A stretch of 62,604 nt of DNA from assembly GCA_903886255.1 (NCBI GenBank), contig CAISLM010000073.1, forward strand, positions 1 through 62,604, written 5' to 3'. The notes below the pieces were generated by a model. The model made no database searches and was not told the DNA's origin. It saw only the letters and a program-made list of their open reading frames with translations. This stretch comes from Candidatus Collierbacteria bacterium (lineage in GTDB: Bacteria > Patescibacteriota > Microgenomatia > UBA1400 > MFAQ01). The translations under genes were made by a program, and so were the position numbers. Shown piece after piece: positions 38,091 through 47,000 of this stretch (its first letter is position 1; each line of letters starts with the position of its first letter).

Positions 38091-38432
38091 ATGGATTATA
38101 AGCTTGTCCAAGCTGGTCCCCTTACCGAGCCCAATGAAGGTTTACTCATCGCCCTTAACTATCTCGCCAGTTTAGCTATTCAGTCGGGGACAGAAAAATT
38201 GGGCGACAAAAATCTACTCGTGAAAGACAATATACTCTATGTTAGATACAGCTACGGTCATCTAGCGATCAAACCCTCCGGAGCTACGGACACTCAAAAA
38301 CATTTTTGGGTTGATAACGATCTTCTTCCACTCCCCGGACTCTTTTCTATCGATCTAGAGGATATCCGTTCCATCGTTCGTCACCTCGACAAATTTCTGC
38401 TTCTGGCCGGTATCGACACTACCCGATTCTAA
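38091..38432 (+). CDS. Hypothetical protein, 113 aa; distant paralog of 36682
   Basis: SD GAGGA before ATG 38091; ALNYLA...GHLAIKPSG...FW. Confidence 0.7.
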   Translation: MDYKLVQAGPLTEPNEGLLIALNYLASLAIQSGTEKLGDKNLLVKDNILYVRYSYGHLAIKPSGATDTQKHFWVDNDLLPLPGLFSIDLEDIRSIVRHLDKFLLLAGIDTTRF

Positions 38433-38439
38433 ATTAATT

Positions 38440-38465
38440 ACCCACCCTTACCGGGCGGGTTTTTT
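38440..38465 (+). terminator. CCCACCC/GGGCGGG hairpin terminator, copy 3
   Basis: ACCCACCC-ttacc-GGGCGGGT-TTTTT. Confidence 0.8.
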
Positions 38466-38486
38466 CTGGTGTAAAATCTCTCCACC

Positions 38487-38993
38487 ATGTCTCCCGAGAA
38501 AGAAATTGATCATATCGAAAGAGAAAAAATATTCATTGGCCCTGTCGAAGTCGATTGTGATCCCAGTATGATCGCCCACTGTCTAGATCCATATCCTCGT
38601 CACCCCCATGGCTGCCCCAATTGGGGAAAAAAGGAGGGCTGTCCTCCCCATGTCCGTTTCTTTCCTCATGTCTATTCAACCGACGTTCATATTGCTGCCG
38701 TCCGCTTTAATTTTGCCGATTATCTAGAGCTTCGCCATCGTGATCATCCGAGCTGGACAGATAGAGCTCTGCGCAACCCTCTTTACTGGCAGGGTCATAT
38801 CCGTCACGAATTGAATCAATTTTTATTTGAATATCTCTCGACCCACCCGGAAATTCACGGTGAAATCGTTTTTAATCCCGAAGCCATGGGCGTCAATCTC
38901 TTTGTCACCTGTAAAAAGGCAGGCCTTAATCTCGAACAAACTCCTCGAAATAATGTTTACAAGATTGCCTTAATCGCGAACAAGTTAAACTAA
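38487..38993 (+). CDS. DUF2284-like predicted metal-binding protein
   Basis: CPNWGKKEGCPP and PEAMGVNLFVTCKKAG. Confidence 0.65.
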   Translation: MSPEKEIDHIEREKIFIGPVEVDCDPSMIAHCLDPYPRHPHGCPNWGKKEGCPPHVRFFPHVYSTDVHIAAVRFNFADYLELRHRDHPSWTDRALRNPLYWQGHIRHELNQFLFEYLSTHPEIHGEIVFNPEAMGVNLFVTCKKAGLNLEQTPRNNVYKIALIANKLN

Positions 38994-39022
38994 ATTCACT
39001 CCTAACTGATAAAATAAAACCA

Positions 39023-40306
39023 ATGGATAATTTATTAGCTCCCCTACGTGCTCTTCTCAAGATCAAAGAACTTCGTAAACGATTAATTTTTACTGCCATA
39101 GTTATCGCTGTCTTCCGTTTAGTTGCCCACATCCCCGCTCCTGGTATTAATCTGGTTGCTCTCAAAAGTTTATTCAATGGCTCTGCCTTTCTTTCTTTAC
39201 TTGACGTTTTTTCTGGCGGTACCCTCGGCAACTTTTCCATTATGGCTCTTGGTTTAAACCCCTATATTAATGCCTCCATTATTTTCCAAATGCTCGGCAT
39301 GGTTGTTCCCCAGCTTGAAGCTCTTCAAAAAGAAGGGGATTATGGTCGTCAGAAAATTAACCAATACACCCGTCTTCTTACCATTCCTCTTTGTTTCCTC
39401 CAAGGTATCGCCCTTATTTTCCTTCTTCAGCGCCAAGGTTTAACCACGACAGCCGATCCGCTTCAGCTTGCCTCGATTGTCTTTACTCTTGCCGCCGGAA
39501 CGTCTCTCCTCATCTGGCTCGGTGAACAATTAAACGACTATGGTTTGGGCAATGGCATTAGTTTAATTATCTTTGTCGGTATCGTCAGTCGTATTCCCGT
39601 CGCCGCCATGCAGCTTTTTGCGACCATTGATCAAACCAAAATATTTACTTATATTATTTTCCTTTTCTTTGCTGTTGCTGCTATTTATGCGATTGTCCGT
39701 ACCGGTGAAGCAGTTCGTGAAATTCCTATCCAGTCCGCTCGCCGCGGTGGAAATTCCTACGGAGCCGTCGCCAGCAGCCATCTCCCTCTTCGTTTAAATC
39801 AAGCCGGCGTAATCCCGATTATCTTTGCCGTTTCTTTTATGCTCATGCCCAGTATGATTAGCAAAGTTCTAGCCGGAGTTAATCAACCCGCTCTTGCCGG
39901 TTTTGCCACGACAGTTAGTAACATCCTCGCCCCCAATTCTGTTTTCTACAATGTTCTTTACTTTGTCCTTGTTGTTGCCTTTACTTATTTTTATACCGCC
40001 GTTGTCTTTAATCCGGAAAAAATTGCCAAAGACCTCCGCTCGTCCGGATCATTTATTCCCGGCATCAGACCCGGTCCAAATACTGTTGATTATTTAAACT
40101 TTGTTCTAACCCGTATTACTTTGGTTGGTGCTAGTTTCCTGGGGTTAGTTGCTGTCCTTCCGTCAATTATGTCCAGCTTCACCGGCGTCACTTCACTCGC
40201 TATCGGTGGTACTAGTGTCTTAATTGTCGTATCCGTCGTTCTCGAAATCCTCAAGACCATCAACTCCCAGCTTTACATGTACAGTTACGACAAGTTCCTC
40301 GACTAA
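39023..40306 (+). CDS. secY: Preprotein translocase SecY
   Basis: SIMALGLNPYINASII, GNGISLIIF, AGVIPIIFA, FIPGIRPG; extended -10 TGATAAAAT at 39007-39015. Confidence 0.99.
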   Translation: MDNLLAPLRALLKIKELRKRLIFTAIVIAVFRLVAHIPAPGINLVALKSLFNGSAFLSLLDVFSGGTLGNFSIMALGLNPYINASIIFQMLGMVVPQLEALQKEGDYGRQKINQYTRLLTIPLCFLQGIALIFLLQRQGLTTTADPLQLASIVFTLAAGTSLLIWLGEQLNDYGLGNGISLIIFVGIVSRIPVAAMQLFATIDQTKIFTYIIFLFFAVAAIYAIVRTGEAVREIPIQSARRGGNSYGAVASSHLPLRLNQAGVIPIIFAVSFMLMPSMISKVLAGVNQPALAGFATTVSNILAPNSVFYNVLYFVLVVAFTYFYTAVVFNPEKIAKDLRSSGSFIPGIRPGPNTVDYLNFVLTRITLVGASFLGLVAVLPSIMSSFTGVTSLAIGGTSVLIVVSVVLEILKTINSQLYMYSYDKFLD

Positions 40307-40309
40307 CGT

Positions 40310-40345
40310 CGTCATTGCGAAGCACGGAGTGCTGTGGCAATCCAG
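40310..40345 (+). repeat. Palindromic element copy E3a (secY|adk)
   Basis: CGTCATTGCGA-AGCAC-gga-GTGCT-GTGGCAATCCAG. Confidence 0.9.
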
Positions 40346-40355
40346 TTCCCTCCTT

Positions 40356-40392
40356 GTCATTGCGAGGCTCGTACTCGAGCCGAAGCAATCTC
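40356..40392 (+). repeat. Palindromic element copy E3b (secY|adk)
   Basis: GTCATTGCGA-GGCTCG-tact-CGAGCC-GAAGCAATCTC. Confidence 0.9.
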
Positions 40393-40421
40393 ACGCCACA
40401 AAATACATGTAAAATATTGAT

Positions 40422-40976
40422 ATGAACTTAATTATTCTCGGTCCTCAAGGATCCGGTAAGGGTACTCAAGCAAAACTGATCGCCGAAAAATTTGGCCTGA
40501 CACACATTGCCAGTGGTGACCTTCTTCGAGCCGAAGCCGAAAGTGGTTCTGAAATGGGCAAAGTCTTCGAAAAAATATTGGCCAGTGGCGAACTAGTTCC
40601 TTTTGACACAGTTCTCAAAGTTATTGAACCCGTCCTCCTAAAATCAAAGGGTGGTTTTATTCTCGATGGCACACCCCGAGACGTCAGTCAGGCCGAATAT
40701 CTCGATTCATTTCTTACGGATTTAAAAATGAACATCGATAAAGTTATCCTTCTGGATATCCCTCGCGAAGTCAGTTTGGATCGGCTTGCCAAAAGAGCCA
40801 TTCTAGAGGGAAGATCAGACGATACTCCAGAGGCAATTGACGAAAGGTTGCAGCTTTATCACAACAAAACAGTTCCCGTCATCGATCACTACAAAAACCA
40901 GGGGAAACTTTTAGTTGTAGATGGAACTCTTGACATTCAAACTATTTTTCAAGACATCGTCAGTAAACTCAACTAG
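40422..40976 (+). CDS. adk: Adenylate kinase, short-LID type
   Basis: GPQGSGKGTQA, SGDLLR, LDGTPR, GRSDD. Confidence 0.95.
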   Translation: MNLIILGPQGSGKGTQAKLIAEKFGLTHIASGDLLRAEAESGSEMGKVFEKILASGELVPFDTVLKVIEPVLLKSKGGFILDGTPRDVSQAEYLDSFLTDLKMNIDKVILLDIPREVSLDRLAKRAILEGRSDDTPEAIDERLQLYHNKTVPVIDHYKNQGKLLVVDGTLDIQTIFQDIVSKLN

Positions 40977-41010
40977 TCATTGCGAAGCACGGAGTGCTGT
41001 GGCAATCCAG
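40976..41010 (+). repeat. Palindromic element copy E4a (adk|map), identical to E3a
   Basis: GTCATTGCGAAGCACGGAGTGCTGTGGCAATCCAG; begins on the G of the adk stop codon. Confidence 0.9.
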
Positions 41011-41020
41011 TTCCGCTTCC

Positions 41021-41051
41021 CGTCATTGCAACGTTCACGCGCGGTGATCCG
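41021..41051 (+). repeat. Degenerate palindromic element copy E4b
   Basis: CGTCATTGCAACG-TTCAC-gcgcg-GTGATCCGG. Confidence 0.55.
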
Positions 41052-41075
41052 GAAAATAGCATAAAATATACCCAA

Positions 41076-41810
41076 ATGACTAAACTCGAAGCCATGACCG
41101 AAGGCGGGAAACGACTCGGTTGGATCAAGGGCCGGCTCGCCGAAGCCGTCAAAGTTGGCGTAACCCCTTTAGAAATCGATTCTTTATGCGATCGTTTGAT
41201 TATGGAAAAAGGTAACAAAGCTTCCTTCAAAATGGAACCGGGTTACCACTATGCCACTTGCATCAATGTAAATGAAGGCATGGTCCATGGTATTCCCAAT
41301 TCAATTCCTTTCAAGCCCGGAGATGTGGTCAAAATCGATCTTGGACTTTTTAATCATGGTTACCATCTCGATACTGCCATCTCAGTGCAAGTTCCCCCAA
41401 TCGACCCCAAAATAACGGAATTTTTAGAAACCGGTCGCAGAGCTGAAAAAGCTGCCATTTCCGTTGCCATTCCCGGAAACACTATCTACGACATAGGCGA
41501 GACGATGCAGCAAGTCATTGAAGGGGATGGTTTTAATGTAGTTCGCGATCTAACCGGCCATGGTATAGGAAAACAAATGCACATGGACCCCTATATTCCC
41601 TGCTTTGCTGATAAGCACAACAAAAAGTACGTTCTCTCTATCGACCAAACTATTGCTATCGAAACAATGTATATGATGGGCGATTGGCACTTAGTTGAAG
41701 ATCCCGACGGCTGGACCCTGTCCACTCAAGACAAATCCATGACAGGTTATTTTGAAGAAACAGTCTATATCACAGCAGACGGCCCCATCATTCTGACCGA
41801 GATTAATTAG
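41076..41810 (+). CDS. map: Methionine aminopeptidase type I
   Basis: CINVNEGMVHGIP, KIDLG, DTA, GHGIG, IETM, FEETV. ATG 41076; the ORF-track extension is repeat-derived. Confidence 0.96.
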   Translation: MTKLEAMTEGGKRLGWIKGRLAEAVKVGVTPLEIDSLCDRLIMEKGNKASFKMEPGYHYATCINVNEGMVHGIPNSIPFKPGDVVKIDLGLFNHGYHLDTAISVQVPPIDPKITEFLETGRRAEKAAISVAIPGNTIYDIGETMQQVIEGDGFNVVRDLTGHGIGKQMHMDPYIPCFADKHNKKYVLSIDQTIAIETMYMMGDWHLVEDPDGWTLSTQDKSMTGYFEETVYITADGPIILTEIN

Positions 41811-41901
41811 TGTGGCTGTTTCCATCTTGTATTCAGTTTGATTTTTCACTAAAATGAATCATCGGAGGTTATTAAACCTTCCTTGTTTGCGTACAACCTG
41901 C

Positions 41902-44900
41902 ATGAAATCTAATCATATATTAACTGGTCTAAAGAAGTATTTCTTTTCCCCTCGATTTCATTTCAATCGTTTTCAATTCAATTTAGTCGCAATCTTATTT
42001 ATCTCACTTGGACTAATTATCGGTTCGTACCTAACCCTCTCAAAAATTCTTCCCTCTGTCTTTGCTTCCACCAATGCTTCTGTCACCAAAGACACTGACA
42101 CCGATTTCAACCAAGGAAGTTATTCATCCTCTTTAATAATTTCTGGAATCGGTTCACCGGCCGCAGCCAAATTAATTGCCCTTCCCGCAAGTACTCCTTA
42201 CTGGAGAGCTATTACTATTAACAATGCTTCAAACTCGGCCACCCTCTCGGATTATCAAGTTCCGATTACCTTAGATACAGCCACCTTGATTTCGGGAGGT
42301 AAATTACAATCCGACTGTCGAGATATCCGTATTCAAGACTACAACGGAGTTGAAATTCCCAATTATTGGATCGAGAAATGCAATAGTGCCACTACAAAAA
42401 TCTGGGTAAAGGTTCCTAGTATCCCTGCCTCTTCTTCAAAAATTATTTATTTGTTTTATGGTTCCGGAGCAGGCACTTCGTCACAATCTTCGACCACAAA
42501 CACTTTCATCAGAGAAATAACTAATGTTGTTGGTTCGTGGGGCTTCGACGAAACTGTGGCAGGGACTACTTTAGCCGATAGATCGGGTAGGGGAAACAAT
42601 GGCACTGTCCAGAATGAACCACAATATATTATTGTTGACGGAAAATTTGGAAAAGCTAGGCTATCCGATGGAATGTACAACAGCTATTACTTCTTCGGGA
42701 CAAATCTGGCGATTTCTGGCAACGCCTCAATGAGTGCATCGATTTGGTTCGATTCAACTAAACCTGCCAGTGGTGTGAAATACTTTGGATATTTGGGGAA
42801 CGGCTATTCATATGACTCTTTTAGTTTGACGCTGGGATCGTATGGTCACTCTGGTGATAACAGATTAGGCATTGGGTATAACGGTAGTGGTGAGTATACC
42901 AGTGCCATCAATCAATTTACCCCAAATGTTTGGCACAATTTTGTTGGCACAAAAATGCCTGGCGCTGTAAATACTACCTCCAAACTCTATCTTGATGGTA
43001 CTGAAATTCAGTCTGAATTTGGTACTACCGGTACACCAAATTTTAATTTCACCAATAACTATTTCGATTTACAGGGAATGTTGCCAAACGTCGGGATTGA
43101 TGAATATATAATTTACAACAAGGCTTTATCCGCTGCAGAAGTTACCGATATCGCCAATAATTACGTCTATACCACCACCAACTACCCTGGAAAAGGTTTA
43201 GTGAAAAAATATTCATCGCCGGAACCGACATCATCCGCTGGCAGTGAACAGGGAGGTACTGTTTCGGGAACATGGGAATCTCCAACTGATTCAAATACAA
43301 TTGACCTTAGATGGAATGGTGGTTGGGGAGACGGGACCATCAGTTCACCTGCATTTTCTGCTGCCGTAACAAACGTCAATACCACCGACACGATTACCTT
43401 CGCCATGCGTGTCGCCACCTCATCTTCGTTACTTAGTTCATCCTCATACGTTACTATCGGAACAGTTAATTCAGGTACTACATTTACCAAAACCAAAGGA
43501 GATCTTGACGCACTAGGAATTGCCACAGGTAACAATCGTTATGCCCAAGTAAAAGCCACCATTTCTAAAACAACGGCAAATACAACACCCTCGCTTGATT
43601 CGTTTTCAATAAATTATCTTCGAGACAATAGTAACCCGGACGCAAACCCTGCCGTCACAGGTTACGCAAATAGCACCAAGGCAGTTCCGATCCCCAATAA
43701 TAGTTGGACAAATGTTAATGCGCCATATTTTCAATTCGCCAACGCCACCGATCCCGAATCAGGTATACAAGGTTACTGTGTTTATTTTGGAACAGATAGC
43801 TCTGCTGATCCAGCCACCACTAAAGGTTTACTTTCTACCTCTGAGCAGCCGATCGACAACAGTGCCTGTCCGTACGTCACCTATAACCCGTACATTGATT
43901 TATCGACTCACCTGGTTTCTCTCTTATCGACCAATACCACTTACTATCTCAATATTCGTTCCAAGGATTATCAAGGTAACCTTTATTCGAACAGTTCGTA
44001 TTCTACTTTTACTTATAAATTCGACAATACTTCCCCCGTTAATTTAACCGGAATCTCCGCCCCTCAAACCTATCAAAGCCAAGTAAATAGCTTCGTCGTC
44101 TATTGGGCCACCACGGGAGGCACTGCCGCGACAGATAATTTATCACAGGTCAAAGGCTATCAATATAAAATTAATAATGGCACCTGGTTCGGCAGCGGCC
44201 ACACTGGCACGCAAGACTGCACTGACCTCATTACCACCGGTTCTTATGCTCTAAACAACGCCTATGATTCACTAAATGTTGGCGAGAATACATTTTATTT
44301 ACGGGTCTATGATAATGCTTGCAACGTTTCGGCTACAAATATTTCTACCATTTTGAAATATTCCGGAATTGCCCCCACCGAGCCTCAAAATCTTCAGGTC
44401 AATCCATCTTCAAATACTCAAAACTCATTTGCTTTTTCTTGGTCTGTCCCGGCCACTTTCGCCGGACTACAAACGGGAATTAATTATTGTTATTCCACCA
44501 ACGCCTTACCCTCAAATGTTAATTGTTCCTGGACTAGTTCTACCACCTTGACAGCCGACGCTTACGCCACTCAACCGGGAGAAAATACCCTTTATGTTGT
44601 TGCCAAAGACGAGGCCGGCAATGTCAACTACAACGCTTATGCTTCGGTAAAATTTACTGCCAACACCTCAGCCCCGGGTGCACCTAGCAATCTCGACGTC
44701 TCTGACATTTCTATCAAAGCCACTTCAAACTGGAAGCTCACGGCTTCCTGGGATATTCCAACGGAAACAGGTGCTGGTGTTTCTGTGTATAAAATTTTCC
44801 GCAGTACGACAAATTCTGCCTGCACGACTTCTCTTTCTTCTTTTACTCAAATTGGTTCAACTGCCGGAACATCATATACCGATACCGGTTTAATTCAACA

Positions 44901-46242
44901 AACATATTATTATTGTGTTAAGGCCTGCGATTCAGCCAATAATTGTTCTGCCTCGTCAACCACGGTATCAAAATTACCTACCGGAAAATATTATTCCCCG
45001 GCCAATTTGGTCTCCTTACCGGTCATATCTTCAATTACTACCAAACGAGCCACAATTAGCTGGAGTACTGATCGAACATCCGATTCGAAAATCCAATTTG
45101 GCACAACTTCAGGGAGTTACAACGATGTCCAGCCAAGCAATTCTAGTCAAGTGACTTCACATTCAATCGAGTTAACAGGTTTAAATCCGGGGACGACTTA
45201 TTATTTCAAGGCCCAATGGACCGACGAGGATGGAAATACCGGTACTAGCGATGAACAGTCATTTTCAACCCAGCCTGCCCCAAGTGTTCAAGACGTTACC
45301 GCCGGAACCATCGGATTATCCTCAGCACTAGTTTCCTTCACTACTAACGGAGCTGACAGCGTCAAAATATATTATGGTACCACCACCAGTTTTGGGGGAG
45401 TGATCACAACGCAAACCTCAACGGCCCAGACAACATATACATCCCAGCTTACCGGTCTACTTGATGGCACAAAATATTATTTCAAAATAAATACATTTGA
45501 CTCTGATGGTACCGAATACGACGGAACTGTTTTGGATTTTACTACTCTTCCCAGACCAAAAATATCATCCGTTAGACTCGAACAAGTTGCTAATACAGCC
45601 CAAACAACAGTTCTCGTTACATGGTCAACGAATACAGAAGTTTCTTCAATCATCACCTATTATCCGGAAAATAATTTAACTGGCTCCAAAGACGAAGTTA
45701 AAGTTGCTCTCGAAAAAGGCCCTCACAGTATGTTCGTTAGAGGACTTTTGCCGCAAACAAATTACGCGTTAGTAGTTAGAGGACGAGACAAAATTGGCAA
45801 CGAAGCCATTTCAGATACTCAAACATTTACTACGGCAACCGACACTCGTCCGCCACAGATTATCAATCTTAAAGTTGTCGGTGGCACTGTCCCTCCGGTC
45901 GGTTTTGCAGCAGGCGAAGTCAAAGCCCAGCTGGTTATCACTTGGGATACCGACGAACCGGCCACTTCTCAAGTTGAGTTTGGTGAAGGTACTGGTTCTA
46001 CCTATGTCCAGAAATCTCAGGAGGACGGCAATCTCACCACCAACCATGCCGTCATTCTTTCAAATCTAACCCCGAGCCAGGTCTATCACTTGAGAGCTAT
46101 CTCCAAAGACGCTGCCGGTAACGAAGCTCAAAGTATTGACCAAGTTACCATTGCCCCCAAAGCCACCAAATCGGCTCTTGATTTGGTCGTCAAGAATCTT
46201 TCCGAAGCTTTCAGTTTTGTAGGTGCACTTAAATTACCATAA
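41902..46242 (+). CDS. Giant surface protein: TM anchor, DUF2341, LamG/ConA-like lectin, multiple fibronectin type III domains
   Basis: YQVPITLDTATLI...DCRDIRI...KIWVKVPSIPA (DUF2341); WGFDET..GTT..D.SG.GNNG...IDEYIIYNKALSAAEV (LamG); several L.GL.PGT.YY FN3 signatures. ATG 41902 preferred. Confidence 0.85.
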   Translation: MKSNHILTGLKKYFFSPRFHFNRFQFNLVAILFISLGLIIGSYLTLSKILPSVFASTNASVTKDTDTDFNQGSYSSSLIISGIGSPAAAKLIALPASTPYWRAITINNASNSATLSDYQVPITLDTATLISGGKLQSDCRDIRIQDYNGVEIPNYWIEKCNSATTKIWVKVPSIPASSSKIIYLFYGSGAGTSSQSSTTNTFIREITNVVGSWGFDETVAGTTLADRSGRGNNGTVQNEPQYIIVDGKFGKARLSDGMYNSYYFFGTNLAISGNASMSASIWFDSTKPASGVKYFGYLGNGYSYDSFSLTLGSYGHSGDNRLGIGYNGSGEYTSAINQFTPNVWHNFVGTKMPGAVNTTSKLYLDGTEIQSEFGTTGTPNFNFTNNYFDLQGMLPNVGIDEYIIYNKALSAAEVTDIANNYVYTTTNYPGKGLVKKYSSPEPTSSAGSEQGGTVSGTWESPTDSNTIDLRWNGGWGDGTISSPAFSAAVTNVNTTDTITFAMRVATSSSLLSSSSYVTIGTVNSGTTFTKTKGDLDALGIATGNNRYAQVKATISKTTANTTPSLDSFSINYLRDNSNPDANPAVTGYANSTKAVPIPNNSWTNVNAPYFQFANATDPESGIQGYCVYFGTDSSADPATTKGLLSTSEQPIDNSACPYVTYNPYIDLSTHLVSLLSTNTTYYLNIRSKDYQGNLYSNSSYSTFTYKFDNTSPVNLTGISAPQTYQSQVNSFVVYWATTGGTAATDNLSQVKGYQYKINNGTWFGSGHTGTQDCTDLITTGSYALNNAYDSLNVGENTFYLRVYDNACNVSATNISTILKYSGIAPTEPQNLQVNPSSNTQNSFAFSWSVPATFAGLQTGINYCYSTNALPSNVNCSWTSSTTLTADAYATQPGENTLYVVAKDEAGNVNYNAYASVKFTANTSAPGAPSNLDVSDISIKATSNWKLTASWDIPTETGAGVSVYKIFRSTTNSACTTSLSSFTQIGSTAGTSYTDTGLIQQTYYYCVKACDSANNCSASSTTVSKLPTGKYYSPANLVSLPVISSITTKRATISWSTDRTSDSKIQFGTTSGSYNDVQPSNSSQVTSHSIELTGLNPGTTYYFKAQWTDEDGNTGTSDEQSFSTQPAPSVQDVTAGTIGLSSALVSFTTNGADSVKIYYGTTTSFGGVITTQTSTAQTTYTSQLTGLLDGTKYYFKINTFDSDGTEYDGTVLDFTTLPRPKISSVRLEQVANTAQTTVLVTWSTNTEVSSIITYYPENNLTGSKDEVKVALEKGPHSMFVRGLLPQTNYALVVRGRDKIGNEAISDTQTFTTATDTRPPQIINLKVVGGTVPPVGFAAGEVKAQLVITWDTDEPATSQVEFGEGTGSTYVQKSQEDGNLTTNHAVILSNLTPSQVYHLRAISKDAAGNEAQSIDQVTIAPKATKSALDLVVKNLSEAFSFVGALKLP

Positions 46243-46247
46243 AAAAT

Positions 46248-47000
46248 ATGACGACAAATGAAACACAAGCAGTCATTAAAGTCCAAAATATATCTAAGAC
46301 TTTCCATGTCAAATCTCAAGATGTCCAAGTATTATCAAATATTTCCCTGACTGTTAATAAAGGTGATTTCTTAATTCTTTTTGGACATTCCGGTTGCGGA
46401 AAATCTACCTTACTTCATATTTTGCTCGGTCTTGAACCGCCCAGCACCGGGAAATTAATCTTTTTTGGAAAATCGCTTTACGAAAATATGGACGAAGACG
46501 AGAGGACTGAATTCAGGAAAACACACATTGGCATGGTTTATCAGCAGCCAAACTGGATTAAATCCCTTTCGGTTCTTGATAATATTGTTTTTGCACTTCG
46601 TTTAAACGGAATTAAGGCGAATGAGGCAGTCCAAAAAGCAAATTCAGTTCTCAGAACTGTTGGCATGGAAGAGTGGTCCGATTACGTGCCAACGGAATTA
46701 TCATCCGGTCAGCAGCAAAAAATTGCTCTAGCCAGAGCCATAGTTACCAACCCGGATATATTGATTGCTGACGAACCCACTGGAAATTTGGATTTCGAAT
46801 CCGGTCAGGATCTGATGAACTTATTGTCCAAACTAAACAAAGAAGGCAAAACTATTATCATGGTTACCCACGACCTTGAATATTTACCCTTTGCCAATAG
46901 AGCTATTCAGATGTTCAACGGTAAAGTTATTCAGGAGGTAGAAGACCCCAAGACATTTGTCAAAACGGAAAACAAATTACTCAAAAGAGTTACATCATGA
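46248..47000 (+). CDS. ABC transporter ATP-binding protein (LolD/MacB type)
   Basis: GHSGCGKST, LSSGQQQ, ADEPTGNLD, IIMVTHD. Confidence 0.95.
   Translation: MTTNETQAVIKVQNISKTFHVKSQDVQVLSNISLTVNKGDFLILFGHSGCGKSTLLHILLGLEPPSTGKLIFFGKSLYENMDEDERTEFRKTHIGMVYQQPNWIKSLSVLDNIVFALRLNGIKANEAVQKANSVLRTVGMEEWSDYVPTELSSGQQQKIALARAIVTNPDILIADEPTGNLDFESGQDLMNLLSKLNKEGKTIIMVTHDLEYLPFANRAIQMFNGKVIQEVEDPKTFVKTENKLLKRVTS

Noticed and set aside
37051-38486. Classical integron attC sites between the cassettes
   Set aside because: No RYYYAAC/GTTRRRY core pairs flank the hairpins and no intI is in the window. The cassette-like layout is kept only as a hypothesis.
40980-41075. 32-aa N-terminal extension of Map (MRSTECCGNPVP...) in the ORF track
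   Set aside because: It is the palindromic repeat read in frame from a TTG with no initiation signal. ATG 41076 gives a normal-length Map. Translation of the repeat is not excluded but is unsupported.
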